DNA of 63,805 nucleotides, filler included, from Octopus bimaculoides (GCF_001194135.2; 8 parts of 8 records of this genome joined end to end with filler, not necessarily neighbours in it); one strand, 5' to 3'; shown: positions 14,523-27,106, counted from the first letter of the whole stretch. The notes: generated by a model not told the origin, from the sequence alone. Program-made: numbers and translations.

Positions 14523-14717
14523 ATGCTGTTGTTATGTGGTTGCGTAATTAAGTGGAGGTATATAATGTTTCGTTGAATTCGAAGTTTGCTTTAGAAGCGT
14601 TGAGATGCATTAAAAGATACAGATAACGAAATAATTTTATTCTCAAACGCAGGATAATGTTAATAATATAGCAGGAACAGGATAAACTACCTATATTTTG
14701 CGGAAAGATGTGTCGGC

Positions 14718-14782
14718 GGCCAGCCATGAGACTCGAACTGTGATTACGCGTCGAAGTGCTTTACCTTTAAGCTAAACTGACC
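14718..14782 (-). pseudogene. tRNA pseudogene or isolated tRNA-derived head (anticodon arm shortened)
   Basis: Minus strand GGTCAGT TTAGCTTAAAGGTAAAGCA...CAGTTCGAGTC..GCTGGCC. It has a 7-bp acceptor stem (with G-U pairs), an A-box-like D arm and GTTCGA in the T loop. It is only 65 nt long. Confidence 0.55.
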
Positions 14783-15680
14783 CAACAACAAATTCTTCTG
14801 CAAATTTAGAATATAAAGCCAATAGTGCATAATGCTTTGTGTTATGTGATACTTTAGTACAATACCGGACCAGTTGTCCAGCGAGCTTAGGGCTAGAAAT
14901 AGTCCGGATTTCTAGATTCACCTGTTTTCTGATGACAGTGTAAATATATACTTTAAACATAAAATAAAGTATGTAATGTAAAAAGGTAAATTGTATTTAA
15001 TAGACTCAAATTAATATATTTCTAAAGCAAGATCTGTTTGATATTTATTAATCCACTTATAATATATTATGTTGTACCATGCATACCGAATAACGTTAAT
15101 ACGATGAACATTCAACGAAGAAAAGTATAAAACTTGATTTCATTTCACAGATGCAGGTAAAAAGTAATACGTTTCGAAGGCAGAATATGTTTAACGTATC
15201 AATCCACTCAAAAAAAAAATGTGGGGGGAGACTAAAACTATTTTTAACACACCGTAAGCAAATTAACCAACTTCAAAAACTGGGTCTGTTTACTTAAGAC
15301 AGGGGACAGTATATGGCGTGAAGTTGCGCAGTATTTTCGGATTTCTGGAAGCTGGATAAGAAGTTCGTTACTGTATATACCATGTTGTATCGGATAAAGT
15401 TGTGATTTATGTCTGTGCACCATTAAAAGTTTCCGGTCAACCCTGGTGAAGCAGATCTTTGAATAAAAGCATCCCAGTTGCGAAACTCCCGTCTTTTTAG
15501 GGATCTATAAGAGTACATTTAATTGTGCATACGGGCCTCATTTAACACACAACACAGTATCTACCTAAATAGTCACACATGTATCTATACAAATTTACAT
15601 CTATCCAAACATCCATAGTCTACGATACAAATGTACATATATTCATTATATTCATATTAATGCGAAAAGAATGTTTGCTA

Positions 15681-16080
15681 GACGCAGGAGTGGCTGTGTG
15701 GTACGTAGCTTGCTTACCAACCACATGGTTCCGGGTTCAGTCCCACTGCGTAGCACCTTGGGCAAGTGTCTTCTACTATAGCCTCGGGCCGACCAAAGCC
15801 TTGTGAGTGGATTTGGCAGACGGAAACTGAAAGAAACCCATCGTATATATGTATATATATGTGTGTGTGTGTCTGTGTTTGTCCCCCCCCCCCCAACATC
15901 GCTTGACAACCGATGCTGGTGTGTTTACGTCCCCGTAACTTAGCGGTTCGGCAAAAGAGACCGATAGAATAAGTACTAAGCTTACAAAGAATAAGTCCTG
16001 GGGGCGATTTGCTCGACTAAAGGCGGTGCTCCAGCATGGCCGCAGTCAAATGACTGAAACAAGTAAAAGAGTAAAGAGAG
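15681..16080 (+). mobile_element. SINE family B, full length (tRNA head, CORE-like segment, internal (TA)(TG) microsatellite, AAAGAGT tail)
   Basis: A box TGGCTGTGTGG, B box GGTTCAGTCCC, CACCTTGGGCAAGTG; about ten further copies in the window. Confidence 0.92.
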
Positions 16081-16229
16081 AGAGAGTATACATAATTTGT
16101 CTATAAGATTTAACTACCAATTGCTAAAGAAATTTACTATATATTAGGAAAACAGCCAAGTAACAAGCTTATGGATCATCTACAATAAATTACGAGAGAA
16201 TTTATTTGTTCTTTCTGAAAGTTAGCAAT

Positions 16230-16460
16230 AGCGTAGAGACCCGCTGCCCAACCGCAGCCGCCATCTTGGTTAGTCGCTTAGTTGTCATACAATGAGCTGT
16301 CATCGTGTAACGCCGCTCAGCTCTGCTCAGTCAGGCTTACGTCATTTAATAAGTGATTAAACGCCTTGGTACAACTCACGTATCCAGTACACCGGATATC
16401 CAACATACTATACCGGATATCCCATACCTCCATCTTGTTGAGAACTGCATATCCGGTATG
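16230..16460 (-). promoter_or_regulatory. Candidate promoter or 5' end: YY1-type motif, CRE-like site, CCGGATAT repeats
   Basis: GCCGCCATCTTG at 16257-16268 (AAGATGGCGGC on the minus strand), TTACGTCA at ~16338, in a locally GC/CpG-richer patch. Confidence 0.3.
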
Positions 16461-16609
16461 TTGATCTCTGGGGTTGGTGACAAATTCTCTTCTATTGCTG
16501 ATTGTTGTTTTAAGCGTGACCATTCTGTCTTTTATGCCAGCATCATTAATTTCTCAATCAATTTATTCCGTTTAAGATAGATAGACAGATAGATAGATGC
16601 ATGCATAAA

Positions 16610-16643
<34 letters not shown>

Positions 16644-16772
16644 CATACATACAGTGAACAGGTCACGGTTTCAAAACGACGAAAATATTTTGATAAATTA
16701 AATTTAAATGTTGAAGTTAATCTGTTTATGCATGTTTTTAAATGGCTTATAAACGCCCTCCAAGCTGCAATT

Positions 16773-16846
<74 letters not shown>

Positions 16847-18346
16847 NNNNNNNNNNNNNNNNNNNNNNNNNNNNNNNNNNNNNNNNNNNNNNNNNNNNNN
16901 NNNNNNNNNNNNNNNNNNNNNNNNNNNNNNNNNNNNNNNNNNNNNNNNNNNNNNNNNNNNNNNNNNNNNNNNNNNNNNNNNNNNNNNNNNNNNNNNNNNN
17001 NNNNNNNNNNNNNNNNNNNNNNNNNNNNNNNNNNNNNNNNNNNNNNNNNNNNNNNNNNNNNNNNNNNNNNNNNNNNNNNNNNNNNNNNNNNNNNNNNNNN
17101 NNNNNNNNNNNNNNNNNNNNNNNNNNNNNNNNNNNNNNNNNNNNNNNNNNNNNNNNNNNNNNNNNNNNNNNNNNNNNNNNNNNNNNNNNNNNNNNNNNNN
17201 NNNNNNNNNNNNNNNNNNNNNNNNNNNNNNNNNNNNNNNNNNNNNNNNNNNNNNNNNNNNNNNNNNNNNNNNNNNNNNNNNNNNNNNNNNNNNNNNNNNN
17301 NNNNNNNNNNNNNNNNNNNNNNNNNNNNNNNNNNNNNNNNNNNNNNNNNNNNNNNNNNNNNNNNNNNNNNNNNNNNNNNNNNNNNNNNNNNNNNNNNNNN
17401 NNNNNNNNNNNNNNNNNNNNNNNNNNNNNNNNNNNNNNNNNNNNNNNNNNNNNNNNNNNNNNNNNNNNNNNNNNNNNNNNNNNNNNNNNNNNNNNNNNNN
17501 NNNNNNNNNNNNNNNNNNNNNNNNNNNNNNNNNNNNNNNNNNNNNNNNNNNNNNNNNNNNNNNNNNNNNNNNNNNNNNNNNNNNNNNNNNNNNNNNNNNN
17601 NNNNNNNNNNNNNNNNNNNNNNNNNNNNNNNNNNNNNNNNNNNNNNNNNNNNNNNNNNNNNNNNNNNNNNNNNNNNNNNNNNNNNNNNNNNATCCGGTTT
17701 TATTTCAAGATTTCTTGCTAATAGAGAAGGAGACGGTTTCTAACCCAGACCCAAGGCTTCTTCATTGGAATTTCAACGTCAACAGGATATTTCTGTATGT
17801 ATGTATGTGTGTGTATGTGTGTATGTATGTATGTATGTATGCATGCATGTATGTATGCATGCGTGTATATATGTATGTATGTATGCATGCGTGCGTGTAT
17901 GTATGTATGTATGTATGTATGTTTGCATGCATGCATGTATGTATGTATATGTGCAGATTTGCGTTCTGTTTTACGTATCGTTGTTATTATGCAAAATTGT
18001 CGTAAGTCCAAAACGTTGCATTTTTTTTTTTTTTTTTTTTTTTTTTTTCAGAAAACGAAAAAAATTGTTTCACCATTCTTTAGCAAAACAGTTGTACTAC
18101 ACTTTTACAATTTTTGATATCTAGGTATTTGAAGTAGCTGGAGATACGATAGTTTGACCAAAAGAACCGGCGAACAAAAATATATATTTCAAAAATGCAT
18201 TTGGCCCAAGTCAGAGATACGACAGTTTGACATAATAGCAACGGTATGTGCTCTCATGCATATAACTGCGTACATGTATGTATGTACGTACGTATGTATG
18301 TATGTATGTATGTATGTATGTATGTATGTATGTATGCATGTGTAGA

Positions 18347-18729
18347 GGCGCAATGGCCCAGTGGTTAGGTCAGCGGACTCGTGGTCATAGGATCGCGGTT
18401 TCGATTCCCAGACCGGGCGTTGTGAGTGTTTATTGAGCGAAAACACCTAAAGCTCCACGAGGCTCCGGCAGGGGATGGTGGCGAACCCTGCTGTACTCTT
18501 TCACCACAACTTTCTATCACTCTTTCTTCCTGTTTCTGTTGTGCCTGTAATTCAAAGGGTCAGCCTTGTCACACTCTGTGTCACGCTGAATATCCTCGAG
18601 AACTACGTTAAGGGTACACGTGTCTATGGAGCGCTCAACCACTTGCACGTTAATTTCACGAGCAGGCTGTTCCGTTGATCGGATCAACTGGAACCCTCGA
18701 TGTCGTAAGCGATGGAGTGCCAACAACAA
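18347..18729 (+). mobile_element. SINE family C (tRNA-derived, CAA tail)
   Basis: GGCGCAATGGCCCAGTGGTTAGG A box, GTTTCGATTCCC B box, ends CCAACAACAA; inserted in an (ATGT)n tract. Confidence 0.8.
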
Positions 18730-18770
18730 TGTATGTATGTATGTATGTATGTATGTATGTATGTATACAA

Positions 18771-18864
18771 CGAGCTTCGTTTAGTTTCCGTCTACCAAAT
18801 CCACTCTCAAGGCTTTGGTCGGTCTGAGACTATAGCAGAAAACATTTAACCAAGGTGCCACGCA
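18771..18864 (-). mobile_element. SINE family B fragment
   Basis: GTTTCCGTCTACCAAATCCACTC..AAGGCTTTGGTCGG. Confidence 0.8.
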
Positions 18865-19129
18865 ATAGTCTTCAAAAAACACCAAGACGAATGCCATAGT
18901 TAGTCATAGAGATTTCTGAGTTCGCTTCCGTAAGACTTTTTCTTGACTTCTTTCACGAAGAGTTTCCAAGTCAGATTGCGTCTCCTAACAATTAAAGAAT
19001 TCACTCTTGTCAAGATTTCTGCTGTCAAATAGCGAAATACTAATTCCAATGAAATTTATGTCTTCTTCGTATTTCGAATTGAGAAGCTGTTTCAATGGAA
19101 TTACAGAAGCCATAATCTTCTGTCTATCT

Positions 19130-19370
19130 ATCTTTTTATCTTTTATCTTTTACTTGTTTTAGTTATTGGACTGCGGCCATGCTGGGGCACCGCCTTGAAG
19201 AATATTTAGGCAGAGAAATCGACCCAGTATTTTATTATTTTTTTTTTCAACGTCTGGTACTTATTCTGTCGGACACTTTTGCCGAACGGCTAAGTTACGG
19301 GAGCATAAACACGCCAACATTGATTTTCAACCGTTGGGTGGTGGGGTGGGGACAAACATTATACAAACAC
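19130..19370 (-). mobile_element. SINE family B 3' portion (variant)
   Basis: CTTTTACTTGTTT..GACTGCGGCCATGCTGGGGCACCGCC..GCCGAACGGCTAAGTTACGGG. Confidence 0.8.
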
Positions 19371-19450
19371 TAATACTCACACACACTAATATACATGTCT
19401 GTGTGTATGTGCGTGTGTGCGTGTGTGCGAGTGTATGTGTGTGTGTGTGA

Positions 19451-19740
19451 AGGCGCGTTGCCTAGTGGTTAGGCTGTTGTACTTACGATCGCTAGATCAT
19501 GGGTTCGATTTCCGGACCGGGTGGCGCGTTGTGTACTTGAGCAAAACATTTCATATTACGGTGGTCCAGTCCAATCGCTTAATAACTAGTGTTGGTTTGT
19601 TTATGCACCTGCAATCTATCGGTTTGACAAAAGATCCGACAGAATATGTATCAGACTTCTTAAGTAATGGAATCGATGTGTTCCATTAAATTCTTCAAAG
19701 CAGTGTTCCAGCGTGGCCGCAATCAAAACCATGAAATAAG
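19451..19740 (+). mobile_element. SINE family D (tRNA head plus CORE-like domain), diverged
   Basis: GGCGCGTTGCCTAGTGGTTAGG, GGTTCGATTTCC, GTTGTGTACTTGAGCAAAACA; related to the copies at 27107 and 43495. Confidence 0.7.
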
Positions 19741-19814
19741 TATGTATAACATATAAAAGACATAAAATTAAACACTAAAAAAATATATATATTAGTCAAA
19801 ATGATATGATACTC

Positions 19815-20052
19815 TTTTACTCTTTTACTTGTTTCAGTCATTTGACTGCAGTCATGCTGGAGCATCGCCTTTAGTCGATATATATATATATATAAGACGG
19901 GCTTGTTTCAGTTTCCGTCTACCAAATCTACTCACAAGGCTTCGGTCGGCCCGAGGCTATAGTAGAAGACACTTACCCAAGGTGCCACACAGTGGGACTG
20001 AACCCGGACCATGTGGTTAGTAAGCAAGCTACTTACCACACAGCCACTCCAA
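19815..20052 (-). mobile_element. SINE family B with internal deletion
   Basis: Head (ACCACACAGCCACTCC) and tail (CTTTTACTCTTTTACTTG) both present; the middle segment is missing. Confidence 0.85.
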
Positions 20053-20509
20053 TAAAAATAAATATTAAAAATTAAAAAAAAAAAAAATGAACAGTTGAGA
20101 ATATACCTACTGAGTTCGAACGCACATTCAGTGTGCTTGTAGCTAAATCATCATACTAGTGGAGCATATAAAGCTATAGCGATTATTGCTGACTGAAGAA
20201 CTGGATCAGTTCCAAGTTTTATCTAACGTTGTCAGTGAAAGGTTTCCTTGTCAGCATTAATAGCTTCCTTTTAGCTGCTTAGATTGCGTATTTAGACGGC
20301 GTTTTGTTACATCCACACGTAAGTACACATGCGCACAAAAAACACAGACACACACAAGCGCGTGTGCGCACGTGTGTGCGAACACATACAAGCACTGGCC
20401 CACATCATTCTCATACACACGCACACACATATATATATGCATACATACGCTCGCATTTTAACGCACACACACACACACACATATATCCCTCTCCCTCTTT
20501 TCCGCTCGC

Positions 20510-20540
<31 letters not shown>

Positions 20541-20854
20541 TTATATATATATATATATATATATNNNNNNNNNNNNNNNNNNNNNNNNNNNNNNNNNNNN
20601 NNNNNNNNNNNNNNNNNNNNNNNNNNNNNNNNNNNNNNNNNNNNNNNNNNNNNNNNNNNNNNNNNNNNNNNNNNNNNNNNNNNNNNNNNNNNNNNNNNNN
20701 NNNNNNNNNNNNNNNNNNNNNNNNNNNNNNNNNNNNNNNNNNNNNNNNNNNNNNNNNNNNNNNNNNNNNNNNNNNNNNNNNNNNNNNNNNNNNNNNNNNN
20801 NNNNNNNNNNNNNNNNNNNNNNNNNNNNNNNNNNNNNNNNNNNNNNNNNNNNNN

Positions 20855-20888
<34 letters not shown>

Positions 20889-21422
20889 GCTCACTCACAT
20901 ATATGTATACACACGCAAATATATATAAATATTTAGACACATTTGTACCTATCTTCATCAGCACATCTTTGTGTCTCCACCCACGCAAGTAAACACATAC
21001 TATAAAATTGTACACACCGGAAAGTGCACATAGATATAATTCCGCATAATTCTACATGTCCATATTCGTCTAAACATATATACATATGTGTATATATAAA
21101 AGCATATACATACATACATACATACTTACATACATACATACATACATGTGTTATAGTAAGATATTTTAAACTTTTAAGCTTTTTAAATAACCATACTTTA
21201 TATATTTATACATCTGTCTATTAATACAATGTACTTCTGGACTTTTATCTTCTGTGATGTTTTTTTTAATGTAATTTTCCTGCTCTCAATTTATAATATA
21301 ATATATAATCGTTCTTATTAAATGTCTAAATACCTTTAAGGTTTTAGACATTTCCCTACCAAGAGCACTTATTAGTAATTCAGTATATTGTATTCTCATT
21401 GAATATATTTGATTAAGGATAT

Positions 21423-21605
21423 AGGAGTGGCTGTGTGGTAAGTAGCTTGCTTACCAACCATATAGTTCCGGGTTCAGTCCCACTGCGTGGCACCTTGGGC
21501 AATTGTCTTCTACTATAGCCTCGGGCCGACCAAAGCCGTGTGAGTGGATTTGGTAGACGGAAACTGAAAGAAGCCTGTCGTATATACGTATATATATATA
21601 TATAT
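21423..21605 (+). mobile_element. SINE family B 5' half, running into a gap
   Basis: AGGAGTGGCTGTGTGGTAAGTAGCTTGC...GGAAACTGAAAGAAGCC, then (TA)n. Confidence 0.88.
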
Positions 21606-21907
21606 NNNNNNNNNNNNNNNNNNNNNNNNNNNNNNNNNNNNNNNNNNNNTTAATTAATTAANNNNNNNNNNNNNNNNNNNNNNNNNNNNNNNNNNNNNNN
21701 NNNNNGCCAGCTGTGATTCGAAATCTTTAATAATAAGACATAATAGTTCGGTAATTGTTATAGTAATAGAAATAGTGATTGTTATCATTGAAGACAGTCG
21801 CTGAAGAAAAATGGGATGTCATTGTTTTAGTCAAGACGAAGAAAACAGTAATTGTGAATATATACAGAGGAAAGGAAATAGGGAGTTAAGAGAGATAAGA
21901 GAAGGAA

Positions 21908-21962
<55 letters not shown>

Positions 21963-22511
21963 CGGGTGGCGAGGTGGGTTAAGCTAATTACAAGGAAGGG
22001 TCTCAGGTTGGGCAGAACATGTAAATGAAGAAATGAATTAAGTCATTTAGAAACGCCATTAACGTGAATATTAACGCAATTAGCAATTTCTATTGTCGTA
22101 ATGAGATAAATCAGAATGAAAGAGGCTGGAAGTTCTCATTTCAGAGGCTGTGAAGAATACCTCGAAGATCTTGGATTGAATTCCTACAGCTTTGCTCCCT
22201 CGGGACGATATCAGAAACTATTGCTAATCCAATAATATGGAAATTTTATCATCCTCTCACTCTCCATCTTTTTCTCTCCTCTCTCCCCACTCACTTTTTA
22301 TTTATTTCTCTCTCCGTCTCTCCCCCTCCTCTCTATCTCTCTCTCTCTCTCTCTCCTTTTCATCCATTACTTGAATCTTTCTGACGCTCCCTCCCCGCTT
22401 CCCCCTCTCTCTCTCTCAGTTTCTCTAACACACTATTTCTTTCATCCATTTTCGTTCTTTCTCCTTCCCGCCTCTTTTCTCTTTCTCTCTCTCTCGCACT
22501 CTCTCTCACAT

Positions 22512-22548
<37 letters not shown>

Positions 22549-22859
22549 CACATACTTTCTCGTTCCATCTCTTATACTTCAAACAGTGTCTTTTACTAGA
22601 TTGTTCTGGGTTACATGCCATCAAAGTGTCCTTGCTAGCATTCTGTCAACGTTTGAGAATAAATAAAAGAAAGCGTAGAATGTGCCAGAAAATGAACCAT
22701 ATTTCATTATGTAAAGATGTGATAGTTTTATAGTCTCATTGAACTTGTGCTGTTTATATAATTTATTGCAATTCAGCCTCGACCCTTGAAATACTAACAT
22801 ACTAGGAATCGGGACTTCAAGCGAAGAATTTTCATTCAGAATTCAGAAATATAAAATCT

Positions 22860-23778
22860 TGCGAAATATCAGAGTCGACAATAAGAAACGTTAATAAATC
22901 GCTTCGACACTTCACTGAAGCTGTTGATATGTCTTTCGTAACGACGAAGAAGAAATGACTCTTTCAAAGTGACGGGGGAAAGGGTGTATGTGTGTATATG
23001 TGTGTGTGTGTGTGTGTATTTATGTGTATTTATGTTTGTGTGTTTATGTGCGTGTGTGTGTGTGTGTGTGTGTGAGTGTGTATGAGAGAGGTGATAGAGA
23101 TCGAAAAAGTGAGCGCGTGTCTGTGTATGTGTGTCAGTATGTATGTGTGAGGGAAGAAGGAAAGCGACAAAAAGTGTGCGTATGTGTGTGTTTGTGTGTG
23201 ATTGTGTGTGAGTGCGTATATGTGTGTGTGTGTGTGAAGGGGGGGAGAGAGAGGAGTGTTTGTGCATGTGTATGAGTGTCTATATGTGAGAAAAAGAAAG
23301 AGACAAAGAGCGTGTGTATGTGTGTGTGAAAGAAGAGAGATGCAGAGAAAGAGAGAAAGAGAGTGTGTGTGTGCGTGTGTGTGTGTGTGTGTGTTTGTGT
23401 ATGTGTGCGTGAGTGGTACGTGTGAGAGTAACAATGAGATAAAGAGCGTGCGTGTGCGAGTGTGTATGTGTATGTGTAATGTGTGTGAAAAAAGGAAAGA
23501 GATGTAAAGAAAGAGAGAGGAAGGGAGGGAAAGAGAGAGCATGTTTGTGTAAGTGTGTGTGAGTGAGCATGTGTGAGAGAAGGAGGAGAAAGAGAGAAAG
23601 AGAGACAGCGTGTGTGTATGTGTGTCTGTACATCAGTTTATGCATCTGTGCGTATGTGTACGTGTGTGTGTGTGTGTGAGAGAAGGAGGAGAAAGAGAGA
23701 AAGAGAGACAGCGTGTGTGTATGTGTGTCTGTACATCAGTTTATGCATCTGTGCGTATGTGTACGTGTGTGTGTGTGT
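22860..23778. repeat. Degenerate GT/GA compound microsatellite; ~103-bp duplication at the gap edge
   Basis: Direct; 23570-23675 is repeated at ~23675-23778. Confidence 0.85.
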
Positions 23779-24580
23779 NNNNNNNNNNNNNNNNNNNNNN
23801 NNNNNNNNNNNNNNNNNNNNNNNNNNNNNNNNNNNNNNNNNNNNNNNNNNNNNNNNNNNNNNNNNNNNNNNNNNNNNNNNNNNNNNNNNNNNNNNNNNNN
23901 NNNNNNNNNNNNNNNNNNNNNNNNNNNNNNNNNNNNNNNNNNNNNNNNNNNNNNNNNNNNNNNNNNNNNNNNNNNNNNNNNNNNNNNNNNNNNNNNNNNN
24001 NNNNNNNNNNNNNNNNNNNNNNNNNNNNNNNNNNNNNNNNNNNNNNNNNNNNNNNNNNNNNNNNNNNNNNNNNNNNNNNNNNNNNNNNNNNNNNNNNNNN
24101 NNNNNNNNNNNNNNNNNNNNNNNNNNNNNNNNNNNNNNNNNNNNNNNNNNNNNNNNNNNNNNNNNNNNNNNNNNNNNNNNNNNNNNNNNNNNNNNNNNNN
24201 NNNNNNNNNNNNNNNNNNNNNNNNNNNNNNNNNNNNNNNNNNNNNNNNNNNNNNNNNNNNNNNNNNNNNNNNNNNNNNNNNNNNNNNNNNNNNNNNNNNN
24301 NNNNNNNNNNNNNNNNNNNNNNNNNNNNNNNNNNNNNNNNNNNNNNNNNNNNNNNNNNNNNNNNNNNNNNNNNNNNNNNNNNNNNNNNNNNNNNNNNNNN
24401 NNNNNNNNNNNNNNNNNNNNNNNNNNNNNNNNNNNNNNNNNNNNNNNNNNNNNNNNNNNNNNNNNNNNNNNNNNNNNNNNNNNNNNNNNNNNNNNNNNNN
24501 NNNNNNNNNNNNNNNNNNNNNNNNNNNNNNNNNNNNNNNNNNNNNNNNNNNNNNNNNNNNNNNNNNNNNNNNNNNNNNNN

Positions 24581-24725
24581 NCAGACGAGGACAGGTGGTG
24601 TAAATAACAAAAGTATATATTAGTATGACGCTCGGGAATACGGAAAGTCTTTGACGTTTCGAGCTACGCTCTTCAACAGAAAGAATACGGAGACAAGGAG
24701 AAAAACACGGAGAAAAAAAATTGTG
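24581..24725 (-). mobile_element. Penelope-like terminal (pLTR-like) fragment with a hammerhead-like motif
   Basis: Minus strand TCTTT CTGTTGAA GAGC GTA GCTC GAAAC GTC AAAGA; homologous to 59945-60210. Confidence 0.55.
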
Positions 24726-25070
24726 TATATGTGTGAGCGTGAATGTGTGTATTTGCATATGTATGCATGCGTATGTTGTTGTGTATACGTGTAAATGTAT
24801 ACGCCAAGAGTCTGTGTGAGTTTGTATGTAGGTGTCTGCGTGTATGTGTGTGAGTGTGCTTAAATGTTGCCTTTGTGCGTGTGTGTGCGTGCGTGTGGGG
24901 GGAGTGGGTTGTTGTATGTGTGAGAGAGAGAAAGAGGGTGGGAGGAAAAGAGCAGAGATGTGTATATGGCTGTATATGCATAATGTATATATTAATATAT
25001 TTGATAAGTGCCTGCACACAAAACTATCATTATGTTGCTTCCGCTAAATATTAATAAAAAAATATACACA

Positions 25071-25229
25071 GGCGCCGCATGGCTGTGTGGTAAGAAGCTT
25101 GATTCCCAGCCGCACGGTTCTGGATTCAGTCCCACTGCGTGGTACCTTGGACCAATGTCTTCAGTTAAAGCCTTGGGCTGACCAAGGCCTTGTGAGTGGA
25201 TTTTGGTAGACGGAAACTGAAAGAAGCCG

Positions 25230-25260
<31 letters not shown>
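25071..25260 (+). mobile_element. SINE family B 5' half
   Basis: GGCTGTGTGGTAAGAAGCTTG..GGATTCAGTCCCACTGCGTGGTACCTTGG. Confidence 0.85.
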
Positions 25261-25967
25261 NNNNNNNNNNNNNNNNNNNNNNNNNNNNNNNNNNNNNNNN
25301 NNNNNNNNNNNNNNNNNNNNNNNNNNNNNNNNNNNNNNNNNNNNNNNNNNNNNNNNNNNNNNNNNNNNNNNNNNNNNNNNNNNNNNNNNNNNNNNNNNNN
25401 NNNNNNNNNNNNNNNNNNNNNNNNNNNNNNNNNNNNNNNNNNNNNNNNNNNNNNNNNNNNNNNNNNNNNNNNNNNNNNNNNNNNNNNNNNNNNNNNNNNN
25501 NNNNNNNNNNNNNNATATATATATATATATAAGATATCTTTCGTTATTTGTAACGGTAACAAATAACCCCTTCAGGAAGATTTGACTGTTATCTTTGGCA
25601 GACCAAGCAGACATGTTGAAATTCCTTCGTTAAAGGGGTGTAATAATTTTTACCCATCATACAGCTAAGGTCTGCATGTAGTCTCGGAAACCAAATACAG
25701 TATTACGGTGGACTGACAATCGTTATATAGTGTCGTACAAAATGTCTAGCGGTACTGAATTGCTGCTCTTAACGTCCTGGTTTCATATCTTACCGATGTC
25801 TGGAAGGATGAAAGATAATCGTTCATCTTCCTAGATACGATAATATGTGCATAAATACATGGTGGTTATCAATTCGTAGACGAGTACGGCCATCACCGAC
25901 AAATCATATTATCCAAGATGTTAAAGACAATGGCTTTCAGCAACACCCAGGCTGAAATACTCTTTTC

Positions 25968-26625
25968 TTCTCTAGGCACAAGGTTCGAAATTTTGGGGGA
26001 GGGTCCAGTCGATTGGATCGACCCCAGTACGCAACTGGTACTTAATTTATCGACCCCGAAAGGAGGAAAGGTAAAGTCGACCTCGGCGAAATTTGAACCC
26101 AGAACGTAAAGACAGGCGAAATATCACTAAGCATTTCGTCCGGTGTGCTAACGTTTCTTATTTCTTTATTGCCCACAAGGGGCTAAACATAGAGGGGACA
26201 AACAAGGACAGACAAACGGATTAAGTCGATTGTATTGATCTCAGTGCGTAACTGGTACTTATTTAATCGACCCCGAAAGGATGAAAGGCAAAGTCGACCT
26301 CGGCGGAATTTGAACTCAGAACGTAACGACAGACGAAATACCGCTAAGCATTTCGTCCGNNNNNNNNNNTAGCGGCAGACGAAATACCTATTTCTTTACT
26401 GCCCACTAGGGGCTATACACAGAGGGAACAAACAAGGACAGACAAACGGATTAAGTCGATTATGTTGATCTCAGTGCGTAACTGGTACTTATTTAATCGA
26501 CCCCCGAAAGGATGAAAGGCAAAGTCGACCTCGGCGGAATTTGAACTCAGAACGTAACGACAGACGAAATACCGCTAAGCATTTCGTCCGGTGTGCTAAC
26601 GTTTCTGCCAGCTCACCGCCTTATT
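25968..26625 (-). mobile_element. SINE family A multimer (three monomers, small gap inside)
   Basis: Three GTCGACCTCGGCG(G/A)AATTTGAAC units; head GCCAGCTCACCGCC at ~26607-26620. Confidence 0.88.
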
Positions 26626-27106
26626 GATTACATAATTCTTTATTGATAACATTATTCTGCCAGTTCACCCCTAACGTTTCTGCCAGCTCGCCGCCTTACC
26701 CGTGCTGAAATATTAAGTCAATAACAGCTTGCACAATACCACTAAGACTCACCCACTAAACCAAATGGTGTAGAAATAAAGAACAAGATCTTCGGTTTCA
26801 TAACAAGGCAGGCGTTATTCCAAATCTCCTTCTCCTAAAGGAGTAGTTCGCAACCATCATTTACCTATGGACCACCTGGACTATTGTTTTACTGTAGTGG
26901 TCCTCATCTCCAGTTGATATTTGAAAACTAGTTTTATAGATATATCGTTCAAAATTCCTGTTTTACTTCTCACACATTCACTTGTATAGGCTTGCAATAG
27001 CACTTCTGAGAGAACATGTTTCAGTTGAACTATGTAAACCTAGTTATTTTTTGCAATAAACACATCTAAAGCAAAATTTTCTCATTAACCACTAAAATAT
27101 TAACGT

